The translations under genes and the position numbers were made by a program. A model generated the notes under the pieces. That model did no database searches, was not told the origin of the DNA, and saw nothing but the letters and a program-made list of their open reading frames with translations. This document shows, piece by piece, positions 41,238 to 56,590 of a stretch of 64,000 nt of DNA (positions are counted from its first letter, which is position 1; every line of letters starts with the position of its first letter). The stretch spans positions 17,440,001 to 17,504,000 of the forward strand of contig CP068257.2 in the NCBI GenBank assembly GCA_009914755.4. Direction: 5' to 3'. The stretch is from the human T2T-CHM13v2.0 reference genome, Homo sapiens.

Positions 41238-42979
41238 TTATCTTTCATAAAATTTGCTTCTGCCTCTGTGAATTTAATTTTTTCTATGTGACATTTTATC
41301 TTTCTTCTATTAATTTTTCAGTTACTTGATAAAAAAAGCTCTTGTAATTTAATACCTTTTCACATCCACTTGTTGGCATTTGAAACATCCTTACATTAAA
41401 TTCTCATGCTACTCGTCTTTTTCTTGCCCAGTGAGAGCCAGTTTAGCTTACACTTGTCAGGAAGCTTCCATTTCCACATTTAACCAATTTAACCATCTAT
41501 GTTCTGCTTTTTTCTATCTGTTGAGCAGGTGCACTTCTGTGAGTTCCTTAACCCTACATTTCACAGTCTTGCTTAGTGGGGCTCAAGGGTCTCAGCTCCT
41601 GCCATGGTGCCTGGCACCTGGTAACACAGTTGATGTTCAGCTGTTACAACATGAATAATCATCATCCAGCAGTAATTATTCACAAAAGTTTATTAAAATA
41701 ATATAACTTTATTATAATATGACTATTTTCCAAATTATTTTTGAGAATGAAGATGATAGGGAAAGGCACCTGTTAACCGAAAAATATAGGCCATTTAAAA
41801 GTCTCTTGTTTTTCTGGTGTCAACAAGTTCAATGTGCACACTGTGCTTTTGAACTATAAACCTGAGTAAAGTACAAGAAACATCTCATTCAATTCTCTCA
41901 ATTTTGAGTTCACTCATTTTAGAGATAGAAAAGTGAGCCCCAAAGAAACAAAGCGAATAGCACAGACTGCACAATCCCATGATTTATAAACCAGTACTCT
42001 TTCATTCTATCACCTTGCCTTCTGACACCTCTGAATAATTTGCTAGTTCTAGACAGATAAATGGAGGCTATGGATTGCTACAATTTTAAGTCAAGGCAGA
42101 CTGGACCAATAACGTTACCAACAATATCCCCCACAGAATTATTTATTACAACTATTCTCTGTTTTGTTCTGCATCAGCAGGTCCATCTGGCAGTAAAGGA
42201 TTGACCAGGTGTTCTGGGAAAAGTTGGCACACGAATGCCTTGAACACTGTGATGTGAGCAGGAGGGGGAGATATTTTCAATGAGAGAAAATTAGATTATT
42301 CTTGATATGTATAAAGGTGCAAGACATTTTTAGGTGATAGCAATTATGAAACATCTTTTTGCTTTATTTGTAGAGGTTTTTTGACTTGGTTTATAAAATC
42401 AGAATGAAGTATAAATATTCAAGGGAACTAGAGTGTCATCCCTATTAGTGTAGAGAATAAACAAAAATCTAGGTAGACATCCTTGAAAATTTGCAGTAAA
42501 ATAAAAAAGGCATATCTCATCAGAACCATTTGTTATTCTAAAGAAAATAATAATAACAAAACCTCTCTCTTGATTAGTCTTTATTAGTTGGTACCTGACT
42601 CAGGGCTTTCAATCAGATGCTCAGAATATAGTTTACAAGTGATCTTTCCCTTACTAAATTGAATTTTGTGGCCCGAATTAGTTAATCCTTTTCCCAAAGT
42701 GAGCAATTTCCTGTGTATTTTAGCTTATCAAAGTCAATGAATGTATTAAGAGGGCAGAATTCATTCTAATACTGCAGAACTTAGACTGAATAACAAATGT
42801 AGTACAAGTCCACTGAGGTTTCAAGCAGTCACTAAGAAGCTGTCACCAGGCAAAGAGAATGTTTCTTTGTGTAGTGAATCCGTACACATTAATGAGAAAC
42901 CTCCATTGCTGGCACCCGCGGTCTGCAATGTCCTTGACTTTCATTATGTAAGAATTAATTCCATGGCAAAGGGCTTTTA

Positions 42980-43215
42980 TCAAGCTTGAATGTGCATACA
43001 GGAGTCCCCCATTATTTGTGGAACATACGATTTTAGGCTCCCAGTGGATGCCTGAAACCACAGATGGTACCGAATCCTATATCCACTATGTTTTCTCCTA
43101 TATATATAGACCTATGATAAAGTTTAATGTATGTTAGGCACAGTAAGATATTAAAACAATAATAATAAATTAGAACAATTATAACAACATACTGTAGTAA
43201 AGTTTTTTTTTTCTT
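42980..43215. mobile_element. Tigger-family (TcMar, Tigger2-like) DNA transposon fragment
   Basis: 'ggagtcccccattatttgtggaacatacgattttaggctcccagtggatgcctgaaaccacagatggtaccgaatcctatatccactatgttttctcctatatatatagacctatgataaagtttaatgtatgttaggcacagtaagatattaaaacaataataataaattagaacaattataacaacatactgtagtaaag' matches the Tigger2-type internal region ('...ctatgataaagtttaat...aggcacagtaag...agaacaattataacaa.atactgta.taaa'). Confidence 0.5.
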
Positions 43216-46200
43216 TCCTTATTAAATCAAGAATTTTCATCCTTTCACTTAAAAGGAAGAAATTTACAGCTTCTCTTTGGCATATCCGAATTACCAGCAT
43301 CATTGTTCTTGCTCTTTGGGGCCATTGTTAAGTAAAATAAGAGCTATTTGAACACAAGTGCTGTGATACCTCAACAATGTATCTGATAACTGAGACGACT
43401 ACCAATTAACTAAGGGGCAGGTGGGCAGGCAGCTTAGAGAGCATGGAGCTGCTGGACAAAGGAATATGAATCTTATCATTTCTGGGTAGAACATAGTTGG
43501 ATGGTGCAAGATAGTATCACACTGCACAAAACAACATGCAACTTAAAACTTATTGCTTATTTCTGGAATTTTCCATTTAATATTTTTGAACTGAGGTTAA
43601 CCCAAACCATGTGTAACTGAAACTGTAGAAATTGAAATCATGGATAAGGAGGAACTAATACTGTATGATATACTGTAAAATATCCAACCACACAATGTTT
43701 CCATACCGCTTTAAGACAGAAAAAAAATAATTTTCTAAGATTTGGTTAATTTTTATTTAACATTTATATTTATGTATTTTAACCTTTTCATCATAATCGC
43801 CTACATTTTCTTTAACCTGTTTCATTTTGAACATTACTTAGTGATTTTAGAAAAAACAACTAAAATGTTAAATCAAAATTGACGAATCTACTATTTAGAA
43901 ACAACATTGACATGTATACCTTTCTTTTATATATGAACATATGTGTTCCTTCACATCTTTTCTAAATATGAATTTTATTATAACTTTTGTAACCTTTCTC
44001 CAACAAATTATTTGCTGGTTTTTAACTTTATTAACGGATAAAGATCTTAAACAGTAATTATCTTAAAAAACAAGAAAATATAAATTCAATTTAAAAAGCA
44101 TCCAAATTACACATATATATTTCCATATGAAATAATTGAATAATTCCTTGGAATGAAAGATGTCAAGCTCTTAGCATCCATATTTCTTCAGCATCTTCTC
44201 TCTTGACCTGCTAATTTTGTTGCCCAGACTATTTTAAATTTGATAGCAATCATAACACTATATTATCCAGTTATATTTCCACCAGGATTTATTCTTGTCT
44301 TTATATTTAAGTAAATTTAATAGTCATTACCAATAAATTACCAAGGCTTCTCCATCCTCAAGTTCTTTATATTATGTTTTAGATTGTTGAATTTAATTAC
44401 CAAGAATTTTTCTTCAGAATTACTCATTTTATATTTTCTGACTCTTTTATATTACAGAATGTCAGCCAGTTGCTTTAATTCTTTTATGACTATTGAGATG
44501 GATGTCATATTCTTGGATCACACTTCCTTTTTTTCAAGACTTGGCAATCACTGCTTTACTTATTTTTGGCAAAGAATGTTTCTGTAGAGAAATCTAAAGG
44601 CTAGCCTGATTTTACCCTTATAGCTGATGTTTTCTTACTACTTATGATCTAAAAAATTATTTACTTTAAAGTTCACTGGTTTTGGTGTATATAATATGAA
44701 TCTCAATTTTGGCTTATCTTTATCAACTTTCTTGGTATGTGATATATCCTGAATTCTTAAAAAATTGTTCTGTATATTTTTCCTGTGAATTTAGTTTCTA
44801 TATAATTTAAAATATTTTTTTCCAAGGTATCTCGCTGAATATTATTTGTATTGTTTACTTCAGGGACATCAATTACCTTATGTTGCATCATTTTTGTTTT
44901 TTATATAAATAATATTCTGTATATTGATGTAATATTTTGACTTTCCGTCTACGTTCACTATGATTTCTGAAGCCTTTTCCTCATAACAGCAACTTGATTT
45001 TCCATTGCACTCATTCTGTTTCTTTCAGTTTGTATCTTTCTGTGTTTCAGTTTGTTGACTTCTGTTACTATCTTTACATTACACATCTTTTAGGTAGTTA
45101 TTTTGTGCTGTGATTTTATGTAAGTAATTTTATCATTAATTTCTTTAATAACTCAGTGATTTTAAGGAAGTTGTCTGTTGTTTGCTGTTTAGTTTGTTTT
45201 TGCTTCTGCTATTTTATGTAACGCATTTACTCATATTTTGTGATATTCCTTGTTTTTATAATCATGGATAGTATGAACAGCATTCTGTAGGTCCTATGTG
45301 TTTAATCATAGAGCAATCAAATTGTCTTTGACAGACATCCTAATTTAACTTATACTTCCAGTAGCTTGAGGATGTGTGGTTAGAGAGGTTAAAAGGCTGG
45401 CAAGCATTACAGGGGGCTCTTTTCTGTACTCTAAGTTGCCACTGGATGTACCCTCTCCCTTCTGCCAGGTTTCTGTCACTCCCTCCATGAGGTATCCCTT
45501 GTACTCCCTTCTCAATCCAGTGACTGATTAAGTTAAATGACCAATGTGCAAATTGGAACTCCTTGAAAAAATAAATAAATCAAGATGTTTCAGAACTTGA
45601 AGTTAGAGTACAATGTATGATGGCCATAAGAAATTGAGAAATGCAAGTATATTAAAATTAAAGCCTTTTGTATATCCAAGACACTTTAATAAAAGTGAAA
45701 GCTGGCAGAAGTTACTTGTATTACAAATAATTAAGAGGATTCATATAGTTTTATAAAGACTTCAGAATTCAAAAATAAAAATGCTAAATATATGAATAGA
45801 CTACTGGGGGGTGTAAATGAGCACATTCTTTACAGAATAGTCAATGCGTGTGGCTAACATACATATGAAGAGACGTCCAAAGTCATTGACATTGAAGGAA
45901 GCTGGAAGCAGGACTCTAATGCGATGTCATTTTATACCCATTCAATTGGCAAGTAAGAAGCCTGAAATGCAAAATGTCACAGCAGATAAAGATTGATTCA
46001 TTCTCTCACGCACTTAGGGGAATAGAAAATAGGAACAAAAAATGAACAATCTCTTTGAGTATAAAATACAGCATTATTCTCTAGGGCTGGTAAATTCATA
46101 TAATCTTTGAGACAGAGATGTAGTACAATGACTGTATTTTGACTGTAATAGGCACTCAGTTAGGGACTGTATATCCCAGCTCTCACTGTGGTAGGGAAAG

Positions 46201-46690
46201 CCATGTGACTTGTTTACTATTGGAATAAGAGCAACAGTGAATGTACTAGCTTGCCAGGGATGGCCACAAAATACCACAGACTGGATGTCTTAAACATGAG
46301 AAATGTATTTTCTTATAGTTTTGGACGCTAGAATTCCAAGATCAAGGCATCCCCAGTTCAGTTTCTCTTGAGGCCTGTCTCCTTGATTTACAGAAGCTAT
46401 TTTGTCACTCTGTCTTGACACAGCCATTCTTCTCTATGTGTGCATGTCTGCTGTATCTTACACTTTATTATAAAGACTTCAGTCATATTGGATTAAGACC
46501 CCATCTTCATGACCTTGTTTTTATCTCCAAATATAGTTACTTTCTGAAATACTGAGATGTGGGACATCAATGTGTTAATTTTGTGGAAATATAATTCAGT
46601 TCATCCCAGTGCGGTACACCATTATTGAGCCAAGGTTTCTGGGAGATAGATGTGCTACCTTCATGTTCTCTTGAACTTCTGATAATCATA

Positions 46691-46718
46691 TACACACACA
46701 CACACGCACACACACACA
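46691..46718. repeat. (CA)n microsatellite
   Basis: 'acacacacacacacgcacacacacacaa'. Confidence 0.85.
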
Positions 46719-46962
46719 ATTATGTGGTACAAGAGGAAAGAAACCTTGATTTCTGAATTACTGAATGGAGATCAGGCACCTGCTTTGAACTGATACATAA
46801 GCAAGAAAGAGAGGTTTAATATATTTGAGTCATTTACATATTTTGGTCCATTTGTTAAGTTACCTTAATCTATAATGAACATAATTTAAGCCTCATGAAT
46901 ATCACTCATGCACAAAATCAACTTTTACACTTAGTAACAGCAGATATAAAGAAGAATGTTCA

Positions 46963-47254
46963 GGCCGGGTGAGGTGTCTCAAGCCTGTAATCCCAGCAGT
47001 TTGGGAGGCCGAGGCAGGCAGATCACGAGGTCAGGAGTTCGAGACCGGCCTGACCACATTGTGAAACCCTGCCTCTACTACAAAAATTAGTCAGGCATGA
47101 TGGCATGCGCTTGTAATCCCAGCTACTCAGGAGGCTGAGGCAGGAGAATCACTTGAACCCAGGAGGCAGAGGTTGCACTGAGCCGAGATCATGCCACTGC
47201 CCTCCAGCCTGGGCGACAGAGTGAGACTCCATCTCAAAAAAAAAAAAAAAAAAG
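46963..47254 (+). mobile_element. Alu SINE (AluS/Y-like)
   Basis: 'ggccgggtgaggtgtctcaagcctgtaatcccagcagtttgggaggccgaggcaggcagatcacgaggtcaggagttcgagaccggcctgaccac...' with poly-A. The target-site duplication is 'gaagaatgttcag'/'gaagactgttcag'. Confidence 0.9.
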
Positions 47255-47939
47255 AAGACTGTTCAGAGCAATATTACTCATGAGGGGAAAAAAACTAGAA
47301 ACAGCCTAAATTCTCATCAATTTGAGAATGAATAAATAAATTGTTGATCATTAAAATGATGAAATATTGCACAGTACTAAAAATACCAAATATACATACT
47401 TCAATCACGATAAATTGTAGAAATGTAAAATTGAGAGAAAAATTTCACAGAAGGCTGCATACAATTTTCTACTGTTTTTATAAACATAAAATAAATAAAA
47501 CATATTTTAAGTACGCATATATATATTTATATGTCATAAAATGATAAAGAATCTTGAGGCCATGATAAAAACATCAGCTTGGCCACCTGCTCTTCAGAAG
47601 AGGGAGGAGGGTCGGCTCAGGAAATTGTATGGAGTGCTTATGTAGTATTGGTAATACTCTGTTTATTGTGTTTTGTAATGGGTTCTGTTTTATTCTTTCC
47701 AAGTTGCATATGTGAAATACATATATACAATATTTATTATAATATTATGTATTAAGCATTTTTATTTGAATAATTTTAAACATCTCCAAAATAATCATTT
47801 TGTCCCTTTTAAACATTGTAATAGTAAATTACAGTTGGCATGGCTATATTTGTTTAAGGTCTAATAAAATTTTTTTAAAAATCAAATTTGTCATTAACAG
47901 GTTACTCAGTAAGATATCATATAATTTTGAAAATAATTT

Positions 47940-48339
<400 letters not shown>

Positions 48340-49789
48340 TTAGGGTGGGATTCAAAAGTGGTAAGTAGTAAAAATAATTTTAGGTGAAAATAATATAAGT
48401 TGATAATTAAAAATACCATATCGTTGCACAGAGACTAGTTGTCTTTGCCAAGAACATCAGTTAACTATCAGATAAAGCTAAAATTCTTGTCCTTGTGATT
48501 TAGTGATTTTACAGGCAATGCTTATTGATTGAATAATAGTTAGCAGGTTAAATGTTTATTATTTCTGACTTTCTAATAATTATAAAATCAGTTGTATATG
48601 GTGCATAATACTGGAAGGGAAAGCCATAAATACTAAATAATATACATATCTAACTGGCATTTCTATCTCTACTTGAGGTAAAAAGTATTAACGTGTTCAA
48701 TAATATTTCTGTATTCCATTAAGAAATCATGATACATATGTACTTCTCCAAAGGATTAAAAATCAATTCCCGTGTAGAAAGGATCCTGTGATAATTGGGA
48801 TTGAATTGCAAAGAATATCCTTATGATTTTATCTTGAAAGATTTTTCTACAAGAGTAGTGGTGTGCACTTTTATTAGTTTAATTACCTTGAAATCTTAAA
48901 GACAGAAGAATTTTTAAAGTTAGTCAAAATATGGGAGTTAAATATATTCATTATTTTTCAATTCTTCTTAAGGAGGTATGAAGGACAATTCAGAAATAAA
49001 TATTTATAATGAGGATTGGCTTAAGAATGCTTGACCTCAGAAAAGCACTTCCATTATCCTTTAAGAAAAGTGTCTACATTTCAAGATTAGATACTCTGAT
49101 TAATTTAACATTTAATTTACAATATTGGGGAGTATATTTCCTAAGGAATTGATGAAAGAAGTTTCATTATTTCTTACAATTTTTTTATATTTTTGCATGT
49201 TTCTTAGTGTTTGTAGTCTCTAAAATGTACTCTTCAACATTGATATTTCTTGAACATTCTACCCTATTTTTCATCTATTTTTAATTTTCTCTGTTTTTCA
49301 TTAGATTCATTTTGCCTTACCCTCTTCATTTTATCTTCCTTCTCTAAAATGCTAAAATAAAGAAAGGGAGAAACAGCTTTGTTGGGGCCATCTCTGCTAT
49401 TTTATTTTCGATGGCAGGCATTATATCTTAGTGGAAATTGTGCAGTCTTTGATAAAACATACATCCGCTTACGGAATTGGATATGTTTTATACAAATTTC
49501 AACTTCAACTTCTTCATCTGTAAAACAGGGTAAATAATATCGAATTTGAGTTATTAAGGCAATAGAAAGAATATATTTAAAGCTCCTAGAACATATTCAA
49601 TATTCAGTTAGTGGTAGCTATTATTGATTATATTATTGGTCTTGGTATCACTAAGGAGTATAGGAGATAAAATATATTATTAAATGTAGAATTAGAAGTT
49701 AGAGGTAAAAAAATGAGTGATATTCAGCATTGAGAGATTTTTATAATTTGGTAGTGATAGTGATAGGAAGCAGAGAAATTCCTGGGCAG

Positions 49790-50206
49790 ACAGGGACAGG
49801 TGCCTGGTGAAACTCAACCTTCAAGCCAAGGAGAGTCTAAAGTGTAACACAAAACTACCAATCCTGGATAGAGTCCGTGGACCAGGGTGGGAACTTCCAT
49901 TTCCATTTGGTGCAATCAGCCCCTCATTGGTTCTGGGCTAAGACTTCACTTCAGCTCTCTATTGATTCTTTACACTCTTGTACCTCTTTCTGAATGGTGC
50001 TTTTTCCAAGCCTACCCACAAACCAATCAGCATACATTTCCCCTTTCTAAGCCCATAAAAACCACCTCGCAGCCAACAACTGACTTTCAAGTTCCCTGTT
50101 GCTCCTGAGAGCTTTCTTTCTGTCACTCAATAAAATTCTCCTCTGCCTTACTCACTCTCCAGTGTCTGCACACCTCATTCCTCTTGGTCGTGAGACAAGA
50201 ACTCAG
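49790..50206 (+). mobile_element. ERV class I-like solo LTR (unclassified), U3-R-U5 organisation
   Basis: CCAAT-like boxes ('tgcaatcagcccctcattggttctgggc', 'aaaccaatcagcatac'), a TATA-like 'gcccataaaaacc', a poly-A signal 'cactcaataaaattctcctctgcc', and an MLV-like U5 end 'cattcctcttggtcgtgagacaagaactca'. ORF 49887..50108 lies inside it. Confidence 0.45.
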
Positions 50207-53200
50207 AACTTGCTGAAATGCAGAAGTGAAAGAGCAGTATCACTCCATCCTGCTGAACTACGGGAGTGAAGAAGCCACAGTAGGACTTTACTAGAAGTGA
50301 GGATTGGAGAACAGAATCTTTCCAAAAGGTAAGATTACCAGTGTCTCATTCTTAGAGAAGTTTTTAAATGAAACTACCTGATCTTGAAGCAAGAACATAG
50401 ACTGAGTTGAACAACAGGGAAGATCAGTTGTGAAATCTCATACACTGCTGGGGCACCCAGACTCAATGCTGGTGCGCAGTGTCTGGTGATCATGAAGCAT
50501 ATGTGTTGGGTTAGAAGAGAAACTAGCAGTTGGAGTCATTGACTATTAATGTAATTTCTGTTTTCAGAAAGTATTTCAGAACTGAGTCAGTTTCAGAAGC
50601 CCATCATTAATCCAATCCGGGAAGAAGAGAACAGAAACATTAAAAGGAAGACCGGTTCTAACTTAAATCCATGAAACCATAACTAATTTCTTATTTCAAT
50701 TAAGATTTCTTAACAAAGGTTTTTGCATTTACATCTACCTGAATTTAATCTACATAAACTTCAAATTTCACCCTCCAACTGGTTGAAACATACATGTACT
50801 AAATTTAGTATTATCCTAAATAAGAACAAGTGTTTCTAAAGGCACAAGTTATTTATAGTGTATCCTTCTACCAACTACTCTGATAGAAAAGGAGATTGGA
50901 GGAGTTAATTATGTTTCATAAAAATAAAACATCCTAGTTCATAATATTTCACATGCATCTACAGGAGAGTGAGACCTGTCTTTGAGAATAGAAAAGATTA
51001 TGATATTATTTCCATAATTATTTTCTAAATAAACTAAAGCTAAGATATACAAATTTAGAGAATACAAATTTTGACAGCACTTTCAAATTTTAGAGACATA
51101 AAATTATACAGATATGTTTTGAGACGTAATTAAACATACTGTTAAATACAAATTATGATCACCATGTAAACATAAAAAGCACTAACAGAAATAATGCAAA
51201 AAATATAAAAATCTAGATACTAACATAATTTAGTAACTGAATGACCTTGAAAAGTAGAATAGTCATTAATTTAGACTAACTTGAATGATAGCTTTTTCTC
51301 CAATTACAAAGCCAATACATACACATTGAATAGAAAGATAGTAACAAAATTCAAAAGATATGCTGTTTTTTTCCTACTAATAGTTTTATTCCTATATTTT
51401 TAAATTTTATTTGCAATTTACAGTTGTGGATATATAATTGTTGTATGTACTTATGGGGTACATGTGACATTTTGATACAAGCATACCATGTGTAATGACC
51501 AAATTATGGTAACTGGGATATCTATCACCTCAAGCAGTTATTATTTCTTTGTGTTAGAAACATTCCAACTCCATTATTTTAGTTATTTTGAAAGACACAA
51601 TAAATTATTGTTAACTCTTAGTTTCCCTATTGTGCTACTGAACAGTGGGTCTTATCACTTTTAGCTGTATTTTTGTACCCATTAACGAACCCCTCTCTGC
51701 CTCCCCCCACAACAGTACCCGTCTAAGCCTCTGGTAACCATTATTCTACTCTTTGTCTCTAAAAGTACAATTTTTTTAAAGTGTATGTTACATGAAATAA
51801 GCCAGGCACAGATAGACAAATATTACATATTCTCTCTAATATACGGGAACCAAAAATTATTTGTTTTTTAAGTTAACAGTGAAATATTTCAGAATGCAAA
51901 TAGGTTTTGAGGAAAGTATTACTATACCCCAAGTGCCTCTGTGAAGCTGAAGAAACAAATCTAACAAAAATGATTGAAGTCTTTTTTCTCCTCTCCCAAA
52001 TCTCTCTCCTTCTCCCACATAGTTAAACACTAAACAGAATTTGGTTTTCATTGTTTATGTGCCTTTTCTATACTTTTGCTGTGTAGTATTATATGGTTAT
52101 GCTAAAACTATTCTTTTGCAACCTATTTTTTATGCTTAACATTGTGTTTGAGATTTATCCAAGTCAACTTTTTTATTCTAGATTCTTTATTTCAACTGTT
52201 GTATCACATTTTATTTATATAAATATACTACAATTTATCTATGCAAATATTAATTTGAATCTCTTTTTATTTAAAATTTCAATTTAAAATGTTAATAGGA
52301 ATTCTTCACAAATAGCACTGTAATGGTTATTTAACATTTAACAACGTGAACATAATATAAGATGCCTAATGAGTCTCCATTATTAGATATTTGGGTTAAC
52401 GTACTCTCTCCACTTCTCCCAAGAATTTAGAATATTATATAGTGCATAATAGATGCTTAGTAAAAACATTTATTTTCAAAGAATAACTTTCTAGGTTTTC
52501 ATTGTTATAATTAATAATTCAAATAAATTATACGTTACTTTTCATGTGATTATCTGACAATTTTTATGCTATATTAGAGAGAAGGTTGTTGTAGGAAAAA
52601 ATATACAATTATGTAATTTTCTTTCCTGTTCTTACACTTTAGAGGTAGAATTTGGGAATTACATCAGCTCTGCTTAGCCCAAAACTTTGGAAAAGAGAAA
52701 TTGGCTGCTGACTGTTGGCCTACCTCATCCTTTAACAAATGCTTGATAAACAACCTTTGCTCAAAGGTGTCACTCTGTCACTCTGAAGAGCACGTGTAAG
52801 ATTAAATTTCCATTGGAAAAGATGAAAGCTCTTTGCCACATTTACAGTGGGCTCAGATCTTTCTATTTTAGCAGGAAAAAAAACAAGTGCCAAACTATGC
52901 TGACTTTTAAAAAATTAATCAAATGATGTTCAAATCTAATTTGTAAGAACACTTCCCTTCTCCCATGGGGCTTAATAAAAACACTTTTATTTTCTCCTAG
53001 GGTGGTGGGAGGGGTTGTTGTAAATAATTACTTTTATTTATCCTGAATTGATTCTTGTAAGGAATAAAAGTCACTTCCAAAGGAAAGAGTTAAGAGCCAT
53101 TATTGCCCAGATGAGCCCAACATCTTACAATGTGGACAATTTTCAAGCACGAATTACCAATGTGAATTTGCCTGGAGCAACCTGCATCTCTCTCTCTGCG

Positions 53201-53439
53201 GTCCCCACCCCTCATATTTATTTCTTACAATAAGTGAGAGCTGGCTGAGTGTAGCAGATATCTAGGCAAAGTAAGATAACTCAAATGAATAAAATGTTTG
53301 TCTATTGTCAGTGTTCTGTTAACCATTTTAACTAACTTTCATCCTAGCCTTTATCTTATTTGACCTTAGGACACTGTGACCTCATTGGATTCCTTCTCTA
53401 TTTTTTCATATATAAAAAGAATAAGTTGAATATTTTCTA

Positions 53440-54122
53440 TACTTGATTATTACAATTCCATCTTTGTCAAGTAGACCTTGAAATGACCCCAGTAATTCCC
53501 AACTTCTGGTGTTCACTTCCTGCATTATCTTCTCCCTTTGAATGTTAATTGTTTCTCATCAATGAGATACGGTAAAGATGAAGAAATTTTGGAGATGTAA
53601 TTAAGATCCCAATTAAGTTGCTTTTGAGTTAATCAAAAGGGAGATTAATCTAGGTGGGTCTGGTTTTACTGATAAAAGAACTCAAAGCGAAAATGGATCA
53701 TCCCTGAAGTAAGAGTTTCTCTCCCTCTCTCTATCCCTTTCTCTCTCTCTCTATTGCTAGTTTTGAAGAAGCTTCCATGTTGTGAGAGAGCATATGGAGG
53801 GGGCCACGTGGCAAGGAACTGTAGTGGCCACTGAGTACTGAGAGTGCTGAGTGCTGAACATAGAACCTCAGGGCAACAGTTGCAAAGACATGAATTCCAC
53901 CAACAACATGAAGGCCTTGGAAATGGATTATTCTCTAGTCCAGGCTCTGATCACCACAGCCCCAGCCAACACCTGAATTTGAGCCTTGTGAGACCCTGGA
54001 GTAGAGAACTTAGCTAGGATATGCCTGACTTCTGCCCTACAGAAACAAAGACATAATAAATGTGTGCTATTTTAAGCTTCAAGTTTGTGATGATTTACTA
54101 CACAGTATAGAAAACTAATACA
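53440..54122 (+). mobile_element. MLT1-type ERVL-MaLR LTR
   Basis: '...gggggccacgtggcaaggaactgtagtggcc...gacatgaattccaccaacaacatgaaggccttggaaatggattattctc...gagccttgtgagaccctggagtagagaacttagctagg...ctgacttctgccctacagaaac...ataaatgtgtgctattttaagcttcaagtttgtgatgatttactacacagtatagaaaactaatacaat' has the MLT1 3' terminal signature. Confidence 0.6.
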
Positions 54123-55550
54123 ATATTACTTTTCTTTCTGCAACATATGTTTCCATTAGTCTAACTTCCATCTTGATTCAACAGATATTTTTTGAATTCT
54201 TATGCCAAGTGCTGTTAAGAATTTATCTCACAATCACATAGGTCAGTAAATAGCAGCGACCAGATGGGAGTTCAGGCCCTTTTAGTCATTGCTCAGTGAT
54301 CATTCCCTTACAATAAACATCTGTGGATGCACTAATCCAAATATCAAGTGTGTGATTGCCACAAATATTTGAGTTATAAGATGTTAGAAATGTTTAATAT
54401 ATATATGCAAAATTTGGAACTGTATTGATACTTATGGAATGTTATGCTAGGAAAAGAGGTTAAGTGAGCCATTCTTTTTGTAAATAGTCATCAATATTTA
54501 CAGAATACCTATGTTCAATTTTTGTTTTGCCTGAAGGTCAAAAAAGAAGTGAGGATCATATGGGAAATATACCTTCTTAAGAAAAAAGACTATGATCTCC
54601 ATTCACAAAACTACTAATATATCTATGAGCTCTGCTTCATAATATTTCTGGATTTTATAATTAAACTTTCCTATGAATTTTCTAGGTTATTTTTGTGAAT
54701 TTTCTGAGATATATTTCAAATTTTGACAGGGAAGCTTAAATAAGTTGGTTTTTCAGTCAAAATTATTATAATACAGCTAGAAAATAATTTGAACTATATT
54801 AATGGAGCTGCAATAAAATTAATTGAAAATTTTATGGACAATAAAAGCATAAGTGGAAATTTAAAACTAGATTTTGTTTTAATATAATAGCTTTTTAGAA
54901 ATCTATAATGTTATAATAAAATATTGTAAAATGAATGATTTGGACACAATTTCCTACTTGATAGGATCCAAAACTTGTGTGGAGTTGAATAAAAAAGTAC
55001 ATTATAGATTTCCTTTGCTTTAATTTCATTGAGAACTACATTGTAGACTGCAATAAAACAGAGGTCAGATTCAGAGAAAATTGCATTTTACTAGTGGTAG
55101 CAGCAAAAATATGAACCAGAATTTACTACAGTTTTATGAGTTTTTATTAATATCAGTGATAGCACTGAGAAACAATGATACTAATTGAATTACTTATTTT
55201 TGCTATACTTGAAGTTTTATAATAAATGAGATTATTCCAGGAGTTTAAGTTTTTATTTATTTCGCTGAAGATACTAAAATCTGTTTCATTAATTAATAAA
55301 TTAGCCTATATGTTCTGTTATTAATGATGTTGGTAGCTGAAATATTTTGTTTATTAATGGATATATCTTTTATAATGACTTCTGCAAAACAAAGCAAATG
55401 CATCGCTTATGTTCCATTTTCACCATGTAGATTGCATTGTAATTTAATATCAGCATTGCTATAAAAACTTAATTGGTCACAAGACCTGAGTAAACTGGAA
55501 AATAATGGCATTTTCACCAGGATGTTTTTGAGACTGTTCTAATATAGTGA

Positions 55551-55886
<336 letters not shown>

Positions 55887-56319
55887 GCGCCTGGCCAGTC
55901 AGTAGTTTTCTTTAAAATGCCTTTGCTGAATGACTTTATAAATGGAGTGAACTAGGTTTCAACAACTTTTGTTTCTCTAACAGCATGTAATGTTTTATCA
56001 TTATCATGTTGTAGTTGATGTTTTTGGGATAAAAATTCCACATATTTTTAGAATTAAGTGTATGTATCTTAAATCTTGTAATTATTTTGAGAATAGGAGA
56101 CAAAAAAATTGAAGAAATTCTATCACTAATAATAGTGAGCAAAACTGGTAAGCTTATACAAAGAAGATCATTTGTTATGCAATAGACAATTTTTTATTTT
56201 TTTTTAGTTGCTTGCTATTTTTTTCCCATCTGTAAGCCTTCTTGAGGTCAGAAGGATAGTTTATTGCTCTTTATCTTTTTGGCAATTAGGGAACTATCTG
56301 ACTTGAATTTTGATTAGAA

Positions 56320-56590
56320 TTGAACCAGGTTTTCTGTTTTTGTTTTATAGGAGACAAGTTCTTGCTCTATTGCCCAGGCTGGAGTACAGTGGTATGATCA
56401 TAGTTCACTGTAACCCTAAACCCTAAAAATTTTTAAATTTTTAAAATGCATGGCTAAGTTTCTAATTTTTTGTACAGATGAGGTCCTGCTATTTGTCCCA
56501 GGCTTGCCTTTAACTCTTTGTCTCAAGTAATCCTCCCACCTAGGCCACCCAAAGTGCTGGGAATATAGGTCTGAGCCATTGCTCCCAGCC
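56320..56590 (-). mobile_element. Old, diverged Alu (AluJ/S-like), antisense
   Basis: 'gagacaagttcttgctctattgcccaggctggagtacagtggtatgatcatagttcactgtaaccc...' to '...cccacctaggccacccaaagtgctgggaatataggtctgagccattgctcccagcc'. It is heavily mutated. Confidence 0.75.

Noticed and set aside
56404-56420. Telomere-like 'ccctaaaccctaaaa'
   Set aside because: There are only two units, inside a degraded Alu. It is a chance match and not an interstitial telomeric repeat.
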